Shown here one piece after another: positions 52,370 to 64,000 of a DNA stretch of 64,000 nucleotides; position 1 is the stretch's first letter, and each line of letters begins with the position of its first letter. The position numbers and the translations under genes are program-made. The stretch lies in the NCBI RefSeq assembly GCF_009914755.1, contig NC_060933.1. One strand, 5' to 3'. The stretch comes from the human T2T-CHM13v2.0 reference genome, Homo sapiens. The notes beneath the pieces were generated by a model. That model did not search any database, had not been told where the DNA came from, and saw nothing but the letters and a program-made list of their open reading frames with translations.

Positions 52370-54502
52370 TGATGTTCTTTTTAAAATCATGAATTAGAAA
52401 AAACACACACTGGCTCACCTGTCAATGCGGTTGTGTATTTTGTTGCTCAAGATGAGGTTAAAGAGGGAACTTGGATTTAAAGGAAGTGAGTTTGTTTTAA
52501 GACCAGCAGAGAATGTTGGAGGCAGCAGGTGGAAGAGCTCTGTCAGGCCTCCCCTTTGCTGGTCAGTGGCAGATGCCTGGTGTGGACATCAAAATGGCTC
52601 CACTGAGCCCACTGACCACTCACTGCAGAGCAGGCCCAGTGCCTGCCTCTTGTCCAAGTGGCGCCCCGTTGCCTGGCCCTGTAGTGACATAAACCACCCA
52701 CTGCTCAAACATCATGCCTGCACAGAGGCCACTTCCTCCAGGGACCTCAGACCTGCCTGTGCCTTAGGTGGGGTGGGGAATGCCTTCTTCCCCAGGCTGC
52801 CTGAAACTGGAGCTTTTCCTCGGGGGCAGGGGTGCCCTGACTGGTAATTTTTGGCACAGTGTGTAGTTGCATATTTATTGGTTTTCTCATCTGTTGGCTG
52901 CGTTCCCATGGGGTTGTGAACAGCCCTTTCCGCACACCCAGAGCCTCCGTGACTGAGCGACTCCAGACAGAGCATGGGGGATGGTGTGGCTTGCTCTGCA
53001 CCAGCCATTCCTGTGCACTTGCCAAACCCTGTCCTCCTGGAACCAGACCCAGACCCTCTCTCCACTTTGTGGTGAAAGGGCAGGCAGGAGCCTGCTGGCC
53101 CCCAGCTTGGGTCGACTGGTTCAAATCTTCCAGACCTGGGAGTAGCAGGGAGGCTCTTCCCACCAGGAGGGCGTGGAGTGTGTGGGGATGCCAAGCCTCC
53201 TAGAGCAGTGGGGACACCCTCCCGGGGGTGGAGGGAACAGAAGGGGACACATATATGGTGGAAGTCTCATGCTGTCTTCCCAGTGTGTCCCTGTGGATAT
53301 CATGGCTTTTGGGTGTGAGCACTTAAGTGACAGGGAGATAAGTCCTTGGTTAGGCCTGAGCTCTACCAGAGACCTGATGCCCTCCCATCCTGCACCTGGG
53401 GCCTCTGTCCTGGGCCAGTTCTCTGTGCATGGGACTATTGTGGACAGAGAAGCTCCAGGCTTCCTTTGGTTTTGATTTACGGCCCCACGGAACTGGAGCG
53501 AGGCCCTGCAGCAGGCTTATCTCTCGGGGCTCAGCCTCACTGGTTCTGGGCACTCTCCTCTGCCCGAGTGTGCGTGGGGCTCACCTCCTGGTGGGACCCA
53601 GTTCTGCCCCTTCAAGGGGTTGGATTTTGGGGTCCTGCCTAGCTGAAAGGAAGATGCCACGGAATCCCAAGTGTGCCCCTAGTAGGTCTGACATCTCCAA
53701 CCGTTGCCCACTGGGGACTGTTCTGGCAGAGCAGGTGGCCCTGAAGTGTCATAGGAGGGGGCTGCCTGCAGACACCCTGCCATGTTCAGGGCAGGAACCT
53801 CTGATGCTCTCAGTCAACATCGAAGGCAACCCCTGATGTGTTTCCCAGGTGTCCTGGGGGTGCTGGGAAGGGCCGTTGGGACCAAGAATCTTCTGACCAC
53901 CCTGGCTGTGTGACTCGTGCAGCCCTTGAGGGGCTTTGCTGCCCGGCTTGGAGGGTGCTGTCCTGCCTTGCCTGTGTGTGACCCACAGGACCTTTTTCCT
54001 AGAGCAAATAAGAGCTGGCATTGTCCCAGAATGCCTTAAGTCTTTTGTCATCTGATTGACTTTCACCACTATGAGGGAACAAGAGCCATGAATTTGCATA
54101 GCACTGGGGACTTGGTAGGAGGAAGATTGGTGCTGATTGACCTTACCCTCCAGTGTCTGGGAGGGAGGGGCATCACATTGAGTGAGCAGCCAGGAGGCCC
54201 CCGCCTCTGACTCAACACCAAACCTTTAAGCACCGTGTGAGTCTGGCAGGATTTGGAAATCACTTAGGGATCAGGTGCATTCTTCCTGCCCTGGCTTGTT
54301 GACTGTGAGCCTTCCTAATAGGTTAATGAATGAATTCAGTCCACAGGTGTTCATGGAGTTGCTCCTGTAATGCAGGCCAACCCGATGTCAGCAAACAGGT
54401 GATGAGGATGTGGACAGGCTCTGTGGGGGCAGCATACCCTGTAGGTGGGCTCTGGGCAGGGCTCAGAGGGGGACACACTAACCGACTGTTAAAGTACCAA
54501 GC

Positions 54503-54782
54503 AGGCTGGGCATGGTGGCTCACACCTGTAATGCCAGCACTTTTGGGAGGCCAAGGCAGGAGGATCTGTTGAGCCCAGGAGTTCAAGATCAGCCTGGGCA
54601 ACATGGTGAGACTACCATCTCTAAAAAAATAAAATTAGCCAGCGTGGTAGCATGTGCCTGTAGTCCCTGCTACTCAAGAGGCTGAGGTGGGAGGGTCACC
54701 TGAGCCCAGGAAATTGAGGCTGCAGTGAGCTATGATCACACCACGGCACTCCAGCCTGGGTGACAGAGTGAGACCCTGTCTC
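54503..54782 (+). mobile_element. AluJ-like SINE lacking a poly-A tail
   Basis: ggctgggcatggtggctcacacctgtaat..gagcccaggagttcaagatcagcctgggcaac..gagaccctgtctc. Confidence 0.9.
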
Positions 54783-55291
54783 CCCTACTGTAAAAATTAC
54801 CAAGCAATGTGTTACATTGATTAAAATAGTCGTGTGGTGTAGAATATAAAATGAGATCCTCTTCCCTTCCAAGCCCACCTCTAAGAGGCACCATTGTTAA
54901 CCATTTCTGACTTTCGTGTCTTACATGTATCAACTTCAGTAGGTAACTGCTGTTAAAAATGAAGACTGTAGTGCATGCAGGGTACGCCCCCCTACTTCCC
55001 GTTTTTTCTTAGTCATTTAGAACGTGAACATTTTGCTCTGAAACTACAATGAAATCTTTTACACGTTACTGTTGGTGCTAAAATACTGGCAAAAATAACT
55101 TGTGCTATAAATGATCCTGTGAGTTTCCTCTAGAATTAAGGACTAGGCGCACAGAAAGGGAATTGTAAACTGACATGCTGTTTCCCAGAGAAGGCTTCCT
55201 GGGCGAACTGGCCTAGCTGAGCACTGCCATCTCCTCTCCAGCTTCCTTCACCCCCAGGGACCTCGAGGGTCACCCTGGGTGCATGTCTTTC

Positions 55292-55355
55292 TGTTGTGTT
55301 ATGTTGTGTTGTGTTGTGTTGTGTTGTGTTGTGTTGTGTTGTATTGTGTGTTGTG
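55292..55355. repeat. (TGTTG)n pentanucleotide repeat
   Basis: About 12 near-perfect TGTTG units. Confidence 0.92.
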
Positions 55356-55849
55356 GAAACATTTCTTCCAGTAACTTGTTCCACCTAGACTGCATGGGAA
55401 GTTAACTTTCAGCTCCTGCATGTCTGAAAACGAGTCTGGACCGCCTGGCTTGGTGTCCGTTTGACAGCGTGTAGAATTCTGAGTTAGCACTTTGAGGACA
55501 CTGTCCCTGCCACCTGCGCCCAGTGTCTCTGGTGAGACTCACCGCCCACCTGGGCCGTTCCTTTGCAGATAAGACTTGCTCGGGGTTCTGACATTACACT
55601 AGAACAGCCCTGGAGGTGGGGTGTTCATTTACTCTGACCTGGCCTTGGTGGGCCATTTTCTTCTAAATCGTTCTCCTTCCAGCTCAGGGAAATGCTATTC
55701 TACTATTTGTTTATACTTCATGGTGTCTGTTCTTAGAACCCTTTTGACATAGTTTGACTTCCAGGCAGTTCTTCCATGTCTCTTAATGTTTCTCTTCTAT
55801 TTTCTTTCTTCTACTTCTCTCATTTGGTCTTTGGATTTTTTTCCTTTTT

Positions 55850-57060
<1,211 letters not shown>

Positions 57061-57069
57061 AAATAACCA

Positions 57070-57192
57070 TTTTTTTGGAGATGGGGTCCTGCTGTGTTAC
57101 CCATGCTGGTCTTGAGCTTCTGGGCTCCAGCCATCCTCTGCCTCAGCCTCCCGAGTAGCTGGGACTACAGGTGTGAGCCACCGCACCTGGCT
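57070..57192 (-). mobile_element. FLAM-like Alu monomer
   Basis: Single antisense monomer of about 120 nt. Confidence 0.8.
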
Positions 57193-59088
57193 TAAAGAAT
57201 CGTTTTTGATGAGTAGAACATGTTTCCATTTTATTGTCTGGATTAAACATTAACTTTTTTGTACTTAATGTTTCATTGGATTATGGAATATCTTATTTCT
57301 AAAACACTGAGCTGGTTAGGAAGGGCAGTCCCCATCCCTGTGATAATTTGCAAGAGCTCTTTCTCGAATGTTCCTTTCTAAATAGAAGCTTGATTTTACT
57401 TACTTGTGTCAACTTATTGAATCTTTATGGGAACATTAATTAGATTTTTTTGGGAGTTGCCGTTGGTCTCTGAATTATTTGTTTTCTGGGTTGGCCCCAT
57501 CATGACAATGGCTTCTCTGGGTATTGCCTGGCCCTGTGGTGATAGTCACTGCACAGTCCCACACTGCAATGAAGGGGCCCATGAGGGTGTGTGCTGTGGG
57601 GAGGGGTCTGGCGGGTTGATGGAGGAAGAAGGGTCTCATGGGCGCGGCTGCATTTGGGATGTAATTTTTTTTACCAAGATGACCCTTGTCACGATCCTGC
57701 CGCCTGCTTCTCCTCTCTGCTTTGGAGTCTGGCTTGATGTTCTTTGGGCCTTTCCGGAAGGATCCAGGGGTCTTGGCTTGCATTTACTTTCACTCTGATC
57801 TCTCCCCTTATCTGTCCAGATTTACCTGCTTTCTGTCTGTTTAGAATTCCCCGGAATTTTGCTCTTCTGTGTTTAGTTATGTTTCTGGTTTCCTTCGGAA
57901 AATACACGTTTCTTTTCTGACATTCCCATGGGAATTGGTGCAACAGAGGCAGGCATTGCTCTGTGGGCTCATTGGACCAAGATGAGGAGGTGATCCTGGG
58001 GGCAGGACCTCAGGTGGAGGTGAGAAGGGCGTGGCACGTGTGCAGCAGGAGAGGCCTTGGCTGGGCCTTTGGACATGGCTGTCACCTCGTGAGGGGAAGT
58101 TGGAAGCACATGGAGCCTTCGGGGCCATGCAGGCTCCCTGGATTTATTCTGAGCCCTCTGTGGAGAGAATCTATTGAAGTATTTGGGGGAAGGGAAGGGC
58201 CAGGATCCAGGGGGACTATAGTGAGGGATGAGGTGGGAGAGAGCGTGGCGAGGGATGGGTGAGCTCAGACAGGGTGGTGGGAGTCAGAGGGGAGAGGTGG
58301 AGATTGGGCAGGCGGCGGGAGGGTGGCCAGTGCTGAGTGGTGTTTGAATGTGGTGCCTGGGGTTGGTGGTTCCCTTGTGGGATGGTGGGCAGAGCGGGCA
58401 TGTGGTGCATGCACCTGACCAGGGTTCCCGGGTGATGATGGTGGCGTTTGTTTGCTGTTTTCTATTTAAACTTAGGTCAGTGATTGGTTCTGCTGGCTTG
58501 TGCAGACACAGTGGCCCAAGGGTCTGGGGAGGTGTCTGCTGTGTCCTCCTGCACAGGAGGGCCTGGGCTGCCCTCTGGGCTGCTGACTGGTCAGTTTGGC
58601 TCTGCTAGGGCTTTTCTCTTCCCTCCATTCTCAGCTCTTATCTCAGTCACCTGTCCATGTCTCCTCTGTTCTAATCCACTGGGCCCTGAGTACTTCTTCT
58701 GAGTTGTGTATACGTTAGAAGTAAACTGATGATCCATTCTTTTCACAAACACACAGAAAGTGAGTGATTGTGGAGGAGGCAAAGGCCTCAGAGGTGTATT
58801 TTTGGAAAAAGTGCTCAAGTGTGGCCGTGTGGATTTGCGAGACCTCTTCGGCTTCCTAGGATGTCTTTTTGCTGAGGTCCCTTTTTGGGGGCTGTGTCCA
58901 GGGTTGTGGGGACTAAGGAGTCAGCAGTTGTGGTGCCAGTGTCTGCATGCCCTTCTATCATAGCCGCTTAGCTGCCTGTGGGTATGGGAAGGGCTGGTCC
59001 TACTGCGTGGCGCTGCTGGGATGTGACGCCACCGTGTCCCCTTCTGTGTCCCATCTCTTGCCCACTTAGCATGTCTCTTGCCCTGTAG

Positions 59089-59261
59089 GACCGGAAGCTC
59101 ACCAAGCTGGAGCGGCAGCGGTTCAAGGAAGAGGCTGAGATGCTGAAAGGCCTGCAGCACCCCAACATCGTGCGCTTCTACGACTTCTGGGAGTCCAGCG
59201 CCAAGGGCAAGCGGTGCATTGTGCTGGTGACGGAGCTGATGACCTCAGGGACGCTGAAGAC
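59089..59261 (+). CDS. WNK2: WNK2 second coding exon (173 nt, aa 228-285; kinase subdomains II-V)
   Basis: Polypyrimidine tract plus tgtAG acceptor at 59087-59088. Reads [57 protein letters not shown](T), in frame with the previous exon. Donor AC|GTAAGC at 59262. Not listed in the ORF track. Confidence 0.96.
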
Positions 59262-60280
59262 GTAAGCTCCGCTTCCTGAGGGCTGGGGCGGGTCCTGGCA
59301 TGGGTGCAGGGCTACCATAGCTGGGGGTGAGGTCTTGGGCTGCTGGGGTGTTCCTGGCTGGTGCCTGTGGGAGGCTGTCTCCTCTTTCCTCTCCTGCATG
59401 GGATGCCAGGAGGTGGTTTACTTCCCAGGGAGATGGTTGATCTGTCTATGGTGTCTGGGACTTGTTTCTGGCTGGGGTTCTGTTTCTGCCTGGGAGCCAG
59501 CCCGGCACATACTCAGGCTCAGGACGCAGGCTGGGCGGGGTGCACAGTGGGGACTGTGGGATTCTGAGGATGTGGAGGTGGTTAGTGAGGGCTGGGGAGT
59601 GGGGAGTGGGGTGGCCACGGCAGCCTGTTGCTGCTCACTAAGGTCCCAGTCTGTACTGTGGGGATGAGGTGCTGCCTGGTGCTGTATCCTGGGTCCATCT
59701 GAACCACTGGACCCTGCAGCCTTGGGCAGGGCCTCAGTGCCCCTCAGCCGGGCAGTTTCCGTCATAGGTGGATGCGCTGCAAGAGGAGAGCCCTTTTCTT
59801 AGCTTCACCCACCCACCTCCTCCCAGGGCACAGCTCAGGGCAGGCCACACAGGTGGCCAGTGGCAGAGAGAGCCCCAGCTGGCCCCTGTGGTTCTCACAG
59901 GCCCTGGCCTTTCGTAACCCTCACCCCCTCACCTGAGCATCTGCTGGCTGGTACTCCGTCCTGCCTTGGGCAACTTACAAGTCAGCCTGGCACCATCTCC
60001 CAGTGAGGTCAAGATGGAGCTTAGTATGAGCTTTAGTAGCCAGGTCCTTGGCATGAGGGGAGCAAGAGGGTTGTGAGCCCACCCAGCTGGCTGCTCAGGG
60101 GCCTGGCTCCAGGGCGGAACTGTCCAGCCCTCCCGTCTCACCTTCACTACCTGTCACGGGTATGTGCCGTGTGCACGGGAATGGACTTTGTACCAGGCCT
60201 AAGCAGTGTTAGGTGGGGGCTTTGCTAGGGGGCCGCTGCCGGCGAGCTGCTTGGTGAGCTGTGCCCGTGAACCCCTGCAG

Positions 60281-60501
60281 ATACCTGAAGCGGTTCAAGG
60301 TGATGAAGCCCAAGGTTCTCCGCAGCTGGTGCCGGCAGATCCTGAAGGGCCTGCTGTTCCTGCACACAAGGACGCCACCCATCATCCACCGAGACCTGAA
60401 ATGTGACAATATTTTCATCACCGGACCAACTGGGTCCGTGAAGATTGGCGACTTGGGCCTGGCCACTCTGAAAAGAGCGTCATTTGCCAAAAGTGTGATA
60501 G
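60281..60501 (+). CDS. WNK2: WNK2 third coding exon (221 nt, aa 285-359; catalytic loop and activation loop)
   Basis: Acceptor ctgcAG at 60279-60280. AC|A completes Thr285, then [74 protein letters not shown], containing HRDLKCDN and the WNK-type DLG motif. Donor G|GTAAAC at 60502. Confidence 0.96.
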
Positions 60502-62279
60502 GTAAACCTGCTTCTCCTCCCCAGGCCCTTGGAGCCCATGAGAAGCTGGGCAGCAGTGAGTGCTGGCGAGCATCCAGTTTTGTTCAGACCTGGTGCAGGA
60601 GACCCAGTGGGAGGAGCGTCTGGGCACGGGAGCCTCGGGCCAGGGTGTCTGGGCTACCCCACCAAGCCTTTTGTAGCTCAGCTGGAGGGCCTGCCCACTC
60701 GTTGGATTCCCAGGCCACTTGGGCTGGGACAGCTGACTTGGCTGCCTCCCTCCCCTGCTGCCCCTGCCTTGTCCGACTCTGGCCCCAGATGGTCTTTGTG
60801 TTTCCCTCCGTGGCTGTGGCTTGGGTGCCAGCTCTGATTGTCTAGCAGGGGAGGTGGGCTGGGTGCCGATGCTCGTGGTGTGTGTGGGCACTGTGGGCAC
60901 TCGGGAGAGGGAAGCTGCCCTGACCACAGAGGAACTTGGGAGGTTTGTGGCCAGTGACGCTGGAGCTCCCAGTGTCACCCGGGCTGTGAGGCCCAAGGAA
61001 GTGAGAACTTGGAGTATCTGGGGAATCCACATACCTGCGGGGCGGGGCACAGAGCAGGCGTTGTGCACAGGATAGGAGCAGGGCGCCAAGGAATTAATTC
61101 AGCTTCTTGGGCATTTCAGGCCTCAGTACAGACGCCCTCCTGTGAGAAGCCTTCCCAGCCTTCTTTTGGGGCGAGATGCCGTCGCCCCTAGGGGCAGCTG
61201 GCCCGGAGCTTCTTTGCAGAGACCAGGGGTCTGCGTTGTGCCATGTACCTGGCCCCAGGTGTGCTTCTGGCACAGTGGGTGTGAAGTGTCCACTGGTCCT
61301 GGGTGGGGGCCTCCACGGACTTTGAAAAGAATGCCTGGGTGGCTGTGGAGCAGCTGTTTCTGGGGCCAGGATGATGGGAAAGCTGCAACATGTGCAGGGC
61401 AAGCAGCGTGGGTCGGGGCTCAGGAAGCCCAGATGGCACCCAATCGGATCAGATTGGGAGAGGCTCCCCCATGTTAATGAAGACCCAGCATGCCCCCAAT
61501 GTGAGGGCAGGATAGTGAGCAGTCGATCTTGGGGCTTTGTGAATTCTTAGTTCTGCTGCATGTTTGGGGACAGAACTTGGCAGGTGTGGGGAAAATGAGA
61601 CTCCAGAGCTGCTTTGGTTTGGGAAGTCTGTTCAGAATGTGACATCTGGGGCAAGGTGGCTGCCCGGGGGTGGCCCTGTGTACACAAAGCCTCTGGCATT
61701 CTGGGGGAGCTGAGTGGTGGAGCGTAGGGGCTGACCCAGGGTTCAGTTTCCCCATCTGTGAAATGGGTATATAGGTGAGGGTCTCCACTCCCTCCTGGAG
61801 GGGCTGAGAACAGGGGCCCAGGACCGTGGAGAGCCCATGCCCAGGGCTTTGAGCTCTGCGCACTTTCTGGGCAGATTTTGCAAATTTGGCTTCAGAAGTG
61901 GTAGGAACCCAGGTCTCAAACCCCGGGCGCAGTCGGGTGGCAGGAGGGAGGCTTGTGATCTCCTACTCAGGAGTGAACACTCCTGGAGGAAGAAGCACAG
62001 CCCACTGTGAAGCGGCAGCCCCGGCAGAGCCCCTCGTCTTCCTCTGGCTGGGCGGCTCTTTGCCCTCTTGGAAACGAAGTTTCGAGTTGCTGGATCAGGT
62101 TGAGATGAAGGCCAGGTGTTTCCAGCAGGCACAGTGGGGAGACCTTGTGACCCGCATGGTTGCCCAGCTCTGTGGGCTGTCCCTCGTCAACCCAGCTTTT
62201 GCTCAGCTGGAGTCCAGGAAGCTTTGGTTAGAGAGGCCACAACCAGGAGTGTCCTCAGCTGCTCAGTCTCCTAGAGAAT

Positions 62280-62608
62280 GAGGCTGAAGCAGGAGAATTG
62301 CTTAAGCTCAGGGGTTCGAGGCTAGTCTAGGCAATGTAGTGAGATCCCTGTCTCTACAAAAAAAAAAAAAAAAAAAAAGGCGGGGGAAGGAAGGAAAGAG
62401 AGAGAAATAAAGAAAGAAAGAAAAGAAAGAGAAAGAAAAAGAAATTGGCCCGGCATGGTGAACACCTGTAGTCCCAGCTACTTGGGAGGCTGAGGTGGGA
62501 GGATTGCTTGAGACTGGGAGGTCAAGGTTGCAGTGAGCCGTGTTCATGCCACTGCACTCGAGCCTGGGCGACAGGGCACGATCCAGTCTCAAAAAAAAAA
62601 AAAAAAAA
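62280..62608 (+). mobile_element. AluJ-like SINE with expanded A/GA-rich linker
   Basis: Partial left monomer, ~90-nt purine linker (62357-62445), right monomer and poly-A. Confidence 0.85.
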
Positions 62609-62803
62609 TTGCTAGTGCAGCAAATTTTCAGTATAATCATGTGGTTAAAAAACCCAAAAGAATAAAAGTTCCCGGCGTCAGGCCCCTCCACTCAGCTCCT
62701 GTTGTTTCTCATGGGTTCTTCCAGAGTTCTGTGTGCCTAAGACTGAAATCTAAACCATATTCTTGTCCCAATTTTTATCCAAAATGTTAACTTTAAAAAA
62801 GAG

Positions 62804-63112
62804 TGGCCAGGCACAGTGACTCACACCTCTAATCCCAGTACTTTGGGAGGCTGAGGCGGGCGGATCATTTGAGGTCAGAAGTTCGAGAACAGCCTGACCA
62901 ACATGGTGAAATCCTGTCTCTACCAAAAATACAAATAAATTAGCCAGGCATGGCGGCAGACGCCTGTAGTCCCAGCTACTTGGGAGGCTGAAGCAGGAGA
63001 ATTGCTTGAACCTGGGTGGGAGATGGAGGTTGCAGTGAGCCAAGATTGCACCATTGCACTCCAGCCTGGGGGACAGAGTGAGATTCCGTCTCAAAAAAAA
63101 AAAAAAAAAAAA
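62804..63112 (+). mobile_element. Alu SINE
   Basis: Full length with poly-A. Confidence 0.93.
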
Positions 63113-64000
63113 GTAACACATTTTAAATTGAAATGACGGGTAAACAAAACGTGCTTTTAAAATGCACTAATTAGTTAGCTTGAGCTTTTAAAAAGAAACT
63201 AGAAATTTTGAAGACCTTCCAAAGTCAACAAACATCCAGACGTTAAAAGCAGCTGTACTGAAGTCTCTAGTCCCTTTCTTTGCATTCAGCGCGACAGACA
63301 TGCAACCGGACTTATTTTATTAAAAAGGCCTTTACAGTTGCTGTATTATGAAAGCTAAAGCTTATTATAGAGAATAGAGAAACCCCAGACCAATATAAGT
63401 AAAATAAAAATCAGCCCTCGCCCCCTGCAGACATCATCTTGCCCTGGGGGTTTGGTTTTGCATAGGTGAGGCCAGCCAGCACGTCTAGCCTCATGCTCAT
63501 TTTGCTCAGCCTATCATAACTTTGCCATGTCCTTAAAAATTCAGTGAAGACACTGTTTTTGCATCTCTTGTGTTTAGGAGCCACATACAGTTCCCATCTT
63601 AGCAACTCTGTGGTTCTGTCAGGTGGGTACCATTTTCTACCCCACCCTCATTCAGGGACACTGTCTTCAGTGATGCTGACTGTTGTACATGCTGCGTGAC
63701 ACTTGTAGGGGTGGGCTGAGTGTACCCAGCCTTTCCCCACTTTGGGACATTTAGGGGTTTTGTGGCTTTAGGTAGCTCCGTAGCAACCCAAGTTCTTTCT
63801 GCTCCAGGGTTTCTGAACGTGGCTGCGGCCGAGCCTGTGGCAGGATCATAGTGTCCACAGGCGAGGGCGTACTCAGGGTTTTGCCTCCTTCCAGGCTCGG
63901 ACCCCGTCCCCTGGGAAGTCATAGTCTCCCAGCTTATGAGCAGGGGATGGCTCTGTCACCTGATTTCTAACCCTGGACTCCTGTGGTTCCAGGTGGAACT

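Overview
Primate (human-type, Alu-rich) genomic DNA containing the 5' end of the WNK2 kinase gene on the + strand. About 12 kb of repeat-rich upstream sequence is followed by a CpG-island promoter (~12.4-14.5 kb), a probable non-coding first exon ending at a GTGAGT donor (13000/13001), the first coding exon (13543-14225, ATG at 13545), a ~44.9 kb intron, and two more kinase exons (59089-59261, 60281-60501). The spliced frame encodes residues 1-358 of WNK2; the gene continues past the window. Nearly all other ORFs in the track are Alu, L1, simple-repeat or GC-rich shadow ORFs. The most unusual signal is a translation-initiation cascade at the WNK2 5' end. A strong-Kozak uORF (MDGVRSP*) gets its stop only from splicing (T|AG), directly against the weak-context annotated AUG. 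A second strong-Kozak out-of-frame mini-ORF ([10 protein letters not shown]) ends in a TGATG overlap with Met15. A tandem AGAG acceptor could convert the uORF into a long overlapping ORF. The second signal is a mid-intron cluster (37.0-41.5 kb): a ~1 kb UG/UGCAUG-rich tract ending in a candidate microexon or recursive splice site, an 8-tract G-quadruplex motif, and a ~1.5 kb almost G-free YCAY array with higher-order repeats. Repeat family names and boundaries are by eye and approximate; no database search was run.
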